Shown piece after piece: positions 49,781 to 61,151 of a stretch of DNA of 64,000 nucleotides. A program made the position numbers and the translations under genes. The stretch comes from Eledone cirrhosa (lineage: Eukaryota). A model generated the notes under the pieces. It ran no database searches, was not told the origin of the DNA, and worked only from the letters and a program-made list of their open reading frames with translations. The stretch covers positions 345,898,001 through 345,962,000 of the forward strand of contig OZ024741.1 in assembly GCA_964016885.1 (NCBI GenBank), in the 5' to 3' direction. Within the stretch, counting starts at the first letter, position 1. Every line of letters begins with the position of its first letter.

Positions 49781-50218
49781 AACATTGGTCGCAAAAATCA
49801 CAGCAAACAACTTCATAAAACAACTTCAAGAAGAAAAAAAACATAACCTATTAATGCTAACCACGTAATGCATTGTTATTTTTGCATTTGATGCCGTTGT
49901 AATCACTATATCTACCCCTCTTAGTAGCATCATGTTTACAACAGCTTCGTCTGAGTATCTATTAAACCATCAGCTGCTATTATATGACGCATTGCATTTT
50001 TATACGGTGAAAAATAATGCTGGTTTTGAGATTGTTGTTGTTGATTTTAGCGTTACTTTAGATCTGTATGCTGTATATACAATGTTGTGGCCAATGTCGA
50101 GTAATCAGTTGACCAACCAGTATCGCATAATGGCTGACCTCAAAGTAGGTGATTTAGGTACCAATTTTAGAAGTCGGATTTCTTGAATATCAAAAGACTC
50201 TGCAAATTCGACCAACAG

Positions 50219-50425
50219 TCGATCGACTTTGGTCAAATCGGACCGAGGAAACAATGTTTACATTGGTCTTTCTAATTGCAAATACTATCTATCGGTCGCA
50301 ACTCCGTGTAGAAGGAGCAACGTGAAATAAAGTGTCTTGCTCAAGGACATAACGCATCGCCGAGCCCGGGAATCGAACTCACAACATCACGATTGCGAAT
50401 TCAATACTCTAACCACTCAGCCATA
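50219..50425 (-). mobile_element. Second SINE family copy
   Basis: Homologous to 45925-46130. Confidence 0.8.
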
Positions 50426-50627
50426 CGCCTTCACTGAATTCTGCAAATTGATCAGCCTAAATGTCTTTCTATCGAAACGGTTTGAATCACACACCGTGAG
50501 TCTCAGTTTATATCCTTTCATCTCTTCCTTCGTTTGCACGGATTCCTGAACTACTGCTAAGGAAACTGGAAGTTTTGCAGGATATGCCGTTCAGACTAAA
50601 GAGAAACAAGAGTAAACAGATTAAATG

Positions 50628-50628
<1 letters not shown>

Positions 50629-50669
<41 letters not shown>

Positions 50670-50719
50670 ACTACTGCTGCTGCTGCTATTGCTACTGCTG
50701 CTGCTGCTGATGATGATGA

Positions 50720-50818
<99 letters not shown>

Positions 50819-50845
50819 TACTACTGCTACTGCTGCTCCTGCTAT

Positions 50846-50936
<91 letters not shown>

Positions 50937-50962
50937 ACTACTACTACTACTACTACTACTAC
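50629..50962. repeat. (CTA)n/(CTG)n microsatellite
   Basis: Direct inspection. Confidence 0.97.
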
Positions 50963-51530
50963 AAAGGGCGGTAGATTAGCAAAATCGGTAGAGCGTTGGA
51001 CACCCTGCTTCGCGGCAGAGAGTTATTCCTCTTTACGTTTGGAGTTCAAATCCCACCGAGGTTAACTTTGCTTTCAAACTTACGGGGTCGATAAAATAAA
51101 GCACCAGTAATGCACTAGGGTAATTGCTGGCCTTGTGCCTAAAATAGAAACGATTATTATTATTATTAGGTGGTTTGGCAGAATCGGTAGAACGTCATAC
51201 ACCATGCGTTGCAGCATAGTTATGGCCCTATACGTTCTGAGTTCAATTCGTGCCAGGTTAACTTTACCTTTCATCCTTACGGAGGTCGATAAAATAAAGC
51301 ACCAGTAATGCACTGGGGTATTTGCTGGCCTTGTGCCAAAAGTAGAAACATTAGAGGGTCGGACGCAATGCTTTACAGCATCGAGTTACGCTCTTTTACG
51401 GTCTGAGTTCAAATCCCGCCGAGGTTAACTTTGCCTTTCATCCTTACGGGCTCGATAAAATAAAGTACCAGTAATACACTGGAGAGATATTGCTGGCCTT
51501 GTTCCAAAAGTAGAAACATTATTATTATTA
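50963..51530 (+). mobile_element. Three head-to-tail octopus-type SINEs
   Basis: GAGTTCAA..GGTTAACTTT..GTCGATAAAATAAAG..GCTGGCCTTGT..TAGAAAC repeated three times. Confidence 0.88.
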
Positions 51531-52009
51531 TCATCATCATCATCATAGTTGTTTATGTTGATATTAAAGTTAGTGATTTTGATAGCGCAGTTTTGTTTTT
51601 ATATCCTATTAATTTTTTTAACGTTATCTCCGTTAGATGTTACTGATCTTTCTTATGGTGTTGTTATTGCACATGTGGGTGTTGTTGTATGTGTTATGTA
51701 TGTTGGTTTTTGCATTATTGATGCATACGTAGTTGATATTTTAATGTTATTTTTACTTACAGTTGCTTTAGCTTCTAAAGCAATCTAAACAATTTAGATA
51801 CTGTAAATTATATACAAAAGAGGGTATTAAGTATTAAATAGTAATCTAGCCATCGCTATGCACATACCAAATTAGATACATACACATGCTCAAAGAAATG
51901 AACAGGAACACATACACCTACACATACACATATAAGCATATATATGCATGTTTGTATATGGGCTACCTATGCACTCATATGAATGTACGTGTTTGAGTGT
52001 ATTTACGTG

Positions 52010-52041
<32 letters not shown>

Positions 52042-52042
52042 C

Positions 52043-52139
<97 letters not shown>

Positions 52140-52500
52140 AATGTATATGTGTGTGTGTGTGTGTGTATATATGCATATGTACATGTATGTATATATATAT
52201 GTGTGTGTGTATATGCATATGTACGTGTATGTATATATATGCGTGTGTGTGCGTGTGTGTATGTGTGCGTGCGTAAATACACTCAAACTATGTTCCAAGA
52301 TTACATGGAAGCCGACTCTACACTCGCACTTTAATACACACACATATATATATATGTATATATGTGTACATATACATACGTACATAAATACATGTGTGTA
52401 TATGTATATATATTATATATACATATATGTATATGCACATGGATATATATGTATACATGCACACATACGCACACACATATACATATATATATATATACCT
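52010..52500. repeat. (CA)n and mixed TA/TG low-complexity tract
   Basis: Direct inspection. Confidence 0.9.
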
Positions 52501-53554
52501 CTATGCATATTTATGCACTACTTTATGTTTATATGCATGTATACAAATGTGTGAATGTGTGCGCATATGTGTGAAATAGATGGAAGATTAGAACTATCTC
52601 AAAAATGCTGATAACGGAAGTTGCAGGTGATGTGGATCGTTATTGCAGTCTGATAGATTTCAATGTAACTTTAAATTCATTAATGAAATAAGCCTATCGA
52701 ATCTTGATGATAAAATAGCTTATAAAACAGCCGCAATATCATCAACATAAACATCAAATATGGAACAGTCAGACCCCCCCCCTCACACACACTAGAACGT
52801 TAGAAATTAAAAAAACCCAACAATATTAGTAATAGCAATCAAAGTAATGTCATGAATAAAAATTAAAATATTCATCGTTAGTGACACAGTATATATTCAT
52901 AACTCTAACTATTATATTAAACACAATAATTAACTTTTCCTTTCATCCTTCCGGGGTCGATAGAATAAAGAACCAGTAATGCACTTGTTAATTGCTGGCC
53001 TTGTGCCAAAAGTAGAAACAATTATATTAAACACAATAATGGCGGTTTCTTACGTACGTACTCATGCGCTATCTTTCAATGCTGTTCTGTAGACAATTTG
53101 GTTGATTGTGTTATATCAGTGATAGTTTCTAGTCTATGTTAGAATATTAAAAGGCGAAGACGATCTCTTTAAGATTTGAACTCAGAACGTAATAAAATCC
53201 ACATGATAAAGTAAAATATATTAAGTGATTGAGTGTTTATCAATTAATAGAAAATAAGTAAAAATAAAATTAAGATATGAAGTTTGGTGGTCAGCTAAAT
53301 AAATTTCTTGTGATTAGATGGCTTGTCGTAGTAGCACTTTTGATGATGATGATTATGATGATGTTGATGATAAGAAAACAGTGGACATGGGATAGAAAAT
53401 GATGATAAAATGAGTGGCTATCAGTTAATGAAATAGCCAAATGCGCTTCTAGGAAATATGGTGATGATAGAAAAAGAGCAGATAGTGAACTGCATATAAC
53501 AATAGTGATGTTAAAACTATTCCGTAATAATAAGTCTATGCTGTATAGTATGTC

Positions 53555-54960
53555 ATAATGGAAAACCAAGAAGTAGATATTAAAAGAGATATCTTCGAAG
53601 ATATTTGTTATCGCATTGGTAGCTATAAATTTCACACTCAATATAGTAATAATGAGCTACCAATGCAAGGGTCAATTATAAACCACCTTCTGTTGATGGA
53701 TGTACTGAAACAGTTTGGGAAGTCTGAAAACCAAACAGTCCAGGTATGTAGCAGTGGAATTTGGAATTTCCAAATGCTCTGTACTCAACATCAAAAGAAG
53801 GAAAAAAGGAGCCTGTAATGGACTACGAGTACAATCGGGAGAAAACATGGGAGAACCAAAAGACTGTTACTATAAATATTCGGGGACCTTAGAGCTAGAT
53901 GATATTTTGTATGCAGAAATGAAAGAAACGGTTAGAGGGATATATTTAAAAAGAGTAAAAATAATTTCGAAGTCCAACTTGAATACCACAAATCCGGTTA
54001 CTACAATGAATATTTGGGCAGTTACAGTGGTTAGCTATATTGCATCCATTCTCAAATTGACTGAAGAAGAAATATCAAAATTGGATAAAAAGACGAGAAA
54101 GTTAATGAAATTACACGGAGCTGACCACCCTATATTAAATATTAAGAGACAATATTTGAAAGGAAAGAATTGTGCATAAGCCTCATCTGTGTGGACCATT
54201 GTATAAGGAATGAAAGGAGAACACGTGCATAATATTTGGTAAACAATGAAGAAGAGTTGTTGCAATATGCAGCAGAAGATATGGGTATAATTGCAGTAGA
54301 AATGGTTGTAGACGAAGAACAATGAGCTGAGGAGAAAAGAAAAGAACATCTAAGAATGAGAATGTATGGACAGTTTGAAAGAAATACACAGGATGGCAAG
54401 GATAAAACAACATCATGGACATAGCTTAAGTAAAGCCATTTGAAACGTGGCACTGAAAGTCTTATAGTTGCAAAGCAAGACCAAATTCTTGCTGCGAATT
54501 CGGTGAAATATAACAGAAAACGTCTGACACACAGAATTGCAGGCTCTGTGGAAAGAATGTAGAAAATGTAACCCACTTGGTAAGTGAACGTGAGAGCCTT
54601 ACGCAGAAAGAATACAATCGCCGCCATGATTAAGTGTGTCTATAATTTCATTGGCTTCTGTTTCGTAAATACCAGTATGAAGTCATAGATAATTGTTATT
54701 GAGCATCGCCGACCGGGTATTGTCGTATTGAAGAAGAAGGAGAAATATTGTCAGATCATCGACATGGCCATTCCAAATCACACGATTATTACGTCTAAGG
54801 ATATTGAAAATATCCCCATGTACTTTGAATTGAATTGGCATGACTAGTAAGAATGCTTGAGAGTAATGTGAAAATGAGACCAGTAAGGATGGAAGCATTA
54901 TAGTAAATCTCATTGATACTTTAAAAATCCTTAAAGTGACTAGGAATACCATTCAGGATG
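53555..54960 (+). pseudogene. Degenerate R4/Dong-clade LINE (RT C-terminus to RLE)
   Basis: INHLLLMDVLKQF, FGISKC, YKYSGTLELDDI, NIWAVTVVSY..LDKKTRKLMKLHG, LKRGTESLIVAKQDQ, CRLCGK. Confidence 0.75.
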
Positions 54961-54967
54961 GGTGTTA

Positions 54968-55490
54968 TTGGTACTTTATTTTATAGATTTCTTAAGGCAA
55001 AAGTAATCTTGGCGGGATTTGAAGTCAGAACGTAAAGGACCGTAACTCTAAACTACGAAGCATAGTGGCCGACGCTCTACCGATTCTGCCAATCCTCCAA
55101 ATAATAATTGTTTCTACTTTTGGCACAAGGCCAGCAATTACCCCAGTGCATTATTGGTACTTTATTTTATCGACCCCGTAAGGATGAAAGCCAAAGTTAA
55201 CCTCGACAGGAATTGAACTCAGACCGTAAAGGCCCGTAACTCTATATTGCATAGCCTGGTGTCCGACTCTCTACAGATACTGCCGTGGTTTCTTATATAG
55301 GCACAGGGCCAGCGATTTATGGGGAGGGGAAAGTCAATTAAATCGACCCAGTGCGTGACTGGTACTTTATTTTATCAACCCCGCAAGGATGACAGGCAAA
55401 GTTAACGTGGGCGGGATTTGAACTCAGAACGTAAAGGGCCATAACTCAATGCTGCAAAGCATGGTTACTGAGGCTCTACCGATACTACCC
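54968..55490 (-). mobile_element. Three head-to-tail octopus-type SINEs
   Basis: GGTACTTTATTTTAT..GTTAAC..GGATTTGAACTCAGA-type motifs repeated three times. Confidence 0.85.
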
Positions 55491-56047
55491 TGAAATAATA
55501 CACGGTTCATAGGTCGTTAGAAAAAGCCTGGTCAGTGACCTAAGAATTGAGTTATATAACATGGACATTAATTCTACAAGAGGGAATTAACTTCGTAATA
55601 TATTTGATATAATATCTGTCTTCTGTTAGTGTGATGTTTGATGGGTTAATATCTACAATGTGATTATAATAAGTTGGGTTATACATCATTGTATTAGGGT
55701 AAAGTTTAGGGAAATACAATACATATTCATACACTGCCATCGTCGTGGGATTTGTCAAATACTCCGTATTAAGGTTATAGTTTATAGATAAATAAACATA
55801 TATATATGACAGCTATAAGCTAAACTGAGAGTGATATATCTATTTCATTACACCAGTGTGGTTGTTTTCATACACACACTCACACGAACACATATATGCG
55901 CTTACATGTGAATACACTCTCATATTTGTGGAACATCTACAAATATGGGTGTTCACATACAATATCTTGTAACTAAACACAGGTACATATATATATGTTC
56001 AGATAAGCATTTATTTATGTAACTCTGCATGCATTCAGGTCTGTATG

Positions 56048-56077
<30 letters not shown>

Positions 56078-56078
<1 letters not shown>

Positions 56079-56736
56079 TTAAAAGAATAGAGGTGTAACA
56101 CACAAGTTATGATATGTTGGTAAACGGAATAGAAAATGCTGACAAATTGTTCACAGTGAAAAATAGTTTAATTAGGAATAAGTGAGAATTAGTAATCGTA
56201 TTGGTTAGTATTCAGTTTTGATTTTAAGTTTTACCGGTTGCGCATTTCTAATGCTTTTCAAAAATAATTTTGAGATAGAGCGTCCGTGATGTTTGCTCTG
56301 ATCTGATTAGTTTGGGGAATTCTACCTGTTTTTATGTTAAAAAAGTGCTCCAGCGGTATTAAAATAAGTTTTGCGCCAATTCGTGTTGCAAAAATTCTTG
56401 TGGTCAAAACAATTTTGATTGGTCGGTATTTGATTTTGCGCCAAATGTAGGTTTGTGTCGGCTGACTGAGAAATAAGTATTTCACAACAAATATGTGTGT
56501 GTGTGTAGTAGTAGTAAAGAGGTTCGTTGTTGTGATAATGGTCAGCAGGGATGTGTGTGCGAACCGAAGCCTGTTGACAGTTCAAATGCCTATTAAGACA
56601 AGGGTGTGTGTGTGATTGTGTGTGTGTAGCAGAGTAATTCGTGGTAGAGGGATAGTCAGTAGGAATGCGTCTGTAAGTGTGTGGGGGATATTTTAACATG
56701 TTAAAAGATATTTTTCAGCTCTTGTCTTATACGGAG

Positions 56737-56835
<99 letters not shown>

Positions 56836-57617
56836 TCTTTGTATGTTAATGTACGCGTGTGTACGTGTGTGTGTATATATATGTGTGTGTGTGAGAGAGA
56901 ATGTGTGTGTGTGTGTGTGTGTATGGGTGGACCAGTAATTATTTCTGGTAAAATGGTGTACATTATTCGATATTTTCAGTAAAATCGATTCTCTCAATAG
57001 AACATCAAAAACCTTAATAATAAAAGGTGTGAAATGATATATAGTATTGGCATAATACCAAGGTGTGTGTGAATGTCCAGATTGTACCTACTGCAAGGGG
57101 AATTCATTAGGCCTTGCCGTATTGGAATACCTGTGCACAAATATGTATGTGCCCATCAGTGTGCAATGCATGTGTGCGTTTATGTATGTGTGTGTGTCGA
57201 CACGTTTATATCTATAGACATCAAAAGGTATGCAAATTTGTGTATATTTGTGTTGCACCATAGAACATGTGTGTTTACGTATGTCATTGTGTTTATATGT
57301 GGGTAGAGATGTATGCTGATGTAGGTATGTATGTTGTCGTGTGTATGTTGTGGGTTCGTCTTAGGGAGAAGTGTTAGACACCTTGGTATTATGCCAATAC
57401 TATATATCATTTCACACCTTTTATTATTAAGGTTTTTGATGTTCTATTGAGAGAATCGATTTTACTGAAAATATCGAATAATGTACACCATTTTAGCAGA
57501 AATAAATACTGGTCCACCCACCCACCCACCCACACACACACACACATTCTCTCTCACACACACACACACACATATATACACACACACATACACACGCGTA
57601 CATTAACATACAAAGAG

Positions 57618-57689
<72 letters not shown>

Positions 57690-57796
57690 CTCCGTATAAG
57701 ACAAGAGCTGAAAAATATCTTTTAACATGTTAAAATATCCCCCACACACTTACAGACACATTCCTACTGACCATCCCTCTACCACGAATTACTCTG

Positions 57797-57839
<43 letters not shown>

Positions 57840-58344
57840 TATTAATAGGCATTTGAACTGTCAACAGGCTGCGGTTCGCACACACATCCCTGCTGACCAT
57901 TATCACAACAACGAACCTCTTTACTACTACTACTACACACACACACACATATTTGTTGTGAAGGACTTATTTCTCACTCAGCCGACACAAACCTACATTT
58001 GGCGCAAAATCAATTTTTTACATTCACATGACCTCTACCGACCAATCAAAATTGTTTTGACCACAAGAATTTTTGCAACACGAATTGGCGCAAAACTTAT
58101 TTTAATACCGCTGGAGCCACTTTTTTAACATAAAAACAGGTAGAATTCCCCAAACTAATCAGATCAGAGCAAACATCACGGACGCTCTATCTCAAAATTA
58201 TTTTTGAAAAGCATTAGAAGTGCGCAACCGGTAAAACTTAAAACCAAAACTGAATACTAACCAATACTATTACTAATTCTCACTTATTCCTAATTAAACT
58301 ATTTTTCACTGTGAACAATTTGTCAGCATTTTCTATTCCGATTA

Positions 58345-58351
<7 letters not shown>
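56078..58351. mobile_element. Large fold-back insertion: ~950-bp arms (56114-57066 / 57378-58351) plus ~36-nt tail
   Basis: Mirror ORF-track peptides (MLKYPPHTYR.., MRESILLKIS..); hammerhead-like motif in each arm; (TA)n on both sides. Confidence 0.9.
58201..58236 (+). ncRNA. Hammerhead-like motif, U3-A8 core with A13C (mirror copy at 56229-56264, minus strand)
   Basis: TTT-TTGAAAA-GCATT(AGA)ARTGC-GCA-ACCGGT-A-AAA; same layout as 42939-42976. Confidence 0.55.
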
Positions 58352-58386
<35 letters not shown>

Positions 58387-58389
<3 letters not shown>

Positions 58390-58880
58390 TTATTAAAATA
58401 ACAGATTAAAGTTTAAGCAAAGAATTGCTGCTTTCACCCTTAACGGGATCTTCTGAAACTAACAAAGTCAATCTGTAAACGCAAAAGTGGACATTTCAAA
58501 AAACGTTGCAACCGGAGGAAGACAGGAAGACGATACTTTGGTTCGTGGAAACGTTCCCTGGCAAAGAATGGGAAAACACGAATATAATACATCATTAATA
58601 GGAGCGGTGAAAAACAGAACCACGCAAAGACAGAACCACGTTTATGGTATAAAAGAAGTCGTAGACTAATGTTCTCTTAGGTGGTTCATAGAGACGTTCT
58701 CTGGCAATGAACGGAGAAAACGAAGATAATACGTCATATGTGGAGCGTGGAGAACAATAGCACGCAAAGACAAAACCACCTAAATGATATAGCTGAAGTC
58801 GTAGACTAAAATTCTAACTAGGAAACCGAATGATTCTCCGCTTCCGAGTTAAGAATAAAGTAAATAAAAAAATACAATAC
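58387..58880 (-). mobile_element. Copy of the 43147 family
   Basis: Near-identical to 43234-43720. Confidence 0.85.
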
Positions 58881-58929
58881 ATGTATGTAGGTAGGTATGT
58901 ATGCATGTATATATATATATGTATGTATG

Positions 58930-59327
58930 TTTTCTCTTTCTCTTAATTTCGAGTATATTTTTTTGACCGGCCACCTTCCTGGTGGCAAGGTTGTAAAAGA
59001 AAAGAAATTGTCATCCCTTGAATCGCAAGAATGTTTTGCAAATTTTGAAGGTGCCAGCTATCGCAGCCATTTATAGACTATGAATTAGGGAGCTGCGCTT
59101 TTTGTCCGCAAATCCAAGTTCAGTCATACTTTGGTCCAAGCGGGTTGGTATATAACCCGTAGCACCAATAATGATGGGTATGAAGCTAAAGGTGTATCTT
59201 GGATACTGGATTTGTAAACTCCTCATCAATGGTCCGTAGATGTCCTCCTTCTCCTGTATTTTTCTGACAACGTTTACATCAAGTGGGCAGCTGATCTCCA
59301 CAACAGAACACGTTTTCAATGTGTGGT
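58930..59327 (-). mobile_element. 5'-truncated RLE-type (R4/NeSL-like) LINE X in (CATA)n
   Basis: CSVVEISCPLDVNVVRKIQEKEDIYGPL..FIPIIIGATGYIP..AAIAGTFKICKTFL; (CATA)n on both sides. Confidence 0.8.
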
Positions 59328-59488
59328 GTATGTATGTATGCATGTATGTATGTATATATGTATGTATGTATCTATGTATGTAAGTATGTATGCATGTATA
59401 TATGTATGTATGTATGTATGTACGTATGCATGTATGTATGTAGGCATGTATGTATGAATACATGCATGTATGTATGTATGCATGAATG

Positions 59489-59837
59489 TTCTTCTGGTTT
59501 TATAATTTCACAAAGTTTTACCAATAGAGATAGAGTCGGTTTCTAACATAGACACAAGACTCTCTCATTGGAATTTACACAACATCAACTAGGTAGATAT
59601 GTATGTATGCATGCATGTGTAGATATGGATGTTATTGTATGTGTGGATTTGTATGTTTTGAGTTGTATGTGTGCATGTGTATATGCTTTGCATCTGTACA
59701 TGTGTATATGCAGTTATTAGATGCAACATTTTTGGAATGTTTTACCTATTTTTACTGTTCCATTAATGGATTGTACTTGTAATTTCCTAACTAGTTTTGT
59801 TCTATCTGTTCCTGTGAAGCCTAACTGCTCAAGATTT
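59489..59837 (-). mobile_element. 5'-truncated RLE-type LINE Y in (CATA)n
   Basis: NLEQLGF..KLVRKLQVQSINGTVKIGKTFQK is homologous to the end of X but has a different 3' UTR; (CATA)n on both sides. Confidence 0.7.
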
Positions 59838-59909
59838 GTATGTATGTATGTATGTATGTATGTATGTATGTATGTATGTATGTATGTATGTATGTATGTA
59901 TGTATGTAT

Positions 59910-60517
59910 GTCAGGTCACCAGTTGGTGCTACTGGTAACATGTATCCCAGTACAACCTGTCTCATGGTCGGGTCGTTGGCGACTAAACTGGCAACCCCAC
60001 CAAGGTTTCTTGGTGAGGAAGGTGACTTTGGACATCCTGCAGGACTAAAAACAAGACCTGTCAAAGGGCAAGGGAGCTCTTAAGAGTCAATAGCCATCCA
60101 AAATCACCGGGAGAGATGACCCTTAGCCTTTGTCAAGGCAGAATTCTAGGAGAAGGAAAACTCTGATATAACACCTGCAACCCTGATGGTATCCAATGAT
60201 GTTGACTTGTTCTTCTTTTTGGTAAATATCATCTTGGTTAAGAGAGTGGGACTGGCTTTGTGCAGTGCCTTTGCTCACTATAAAAGCTTCACAGCACAGG
60301 CATTGCTTTATATCTGGAGATCTCTCTGCACTTGTCATCACATGGTACCATGGGCCCTGCACTATGTGTCAATAATGGTCACAAGTGTAGTCTTTGTACC
60401 AGAGTTTTCAAGTCGCTGGCTGGACTAAAAAGTCACATTCGTTCAGCGCATCGGTAGGGGTTCTCCTAAATGGATATAAAGTAGTGGCCGTACTCGAAAA
60501 CGAGTTGGCAGCCACCA
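59910..60517 (+). mobile_element. Bipartite non-autonomous RTE derivative (5' UTR fused to 3' end)
   Basis: Structured leader shared with 5095; terminal HKCSLCTRVFKSLAGLKSHIRSAHR* C2H2 finger; 3' hairpin GTGGC..CTCG(AAAA)CGAG..GCCAC. Confidence 0.65.
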
Positions 60518-61151
60518 TGTAGGCATGTATATATACATGTATGTATGTATGCGTTATTCCTTCTAATTCTCATCATAATGAGTTCAAAATCCACTGAAAT
60601 CAACTTTACTTTCCATCCTTTCGATACCAAAAAACATGTGATAGTGGGGTTGATTTTCCCTCACGAGTTTGGAATCCGACGGTCTTATCCACTAAATGCT
60701 TTGTTTCTTGTTGGTTTTATATTCGGAGTGGATTGTTTAGGGCATTCGATAATTGCTTGCATTTTTTCTATATATGTATATTGAGTATATATGTGTAATG
60801 TAGGTTTATATATATTGAGTATATATGTGTAATGTAGGTTTATATATATTTAATATATATTTAGGGTAGTTATGAAACGTGAAGCGTCTGGATGGAGCAA
60901 TAATGTTTTTTTATACGAGCTTTTAATTCCAGAGTCGGGCCAGATAGATACAGATCGAACATTGAGCTGATCAGTAGCGAAACGCGCGTCAACAACCAAT
61001 AAACGTAATGAAGGAGTAACCATTCGTCCTTGCATTATTATTATTGTTGTTGTTGTTGCTGTTGTTGTTGTTGTTGTTGTTATTTACCGGTAATGTACTG
61101 GTAAATTCCTGGCCTTGTACCAAAAGTAGAAATAATAATTATTATTATTAT

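Noticed and set aside
60960-61000. GAAACGCGCGTC hammerhead 3' half
   Set aside because: Palindromic stem III and GUC are present, but no matching CUGANGA or stem I was found; probably a truncated pLTR.
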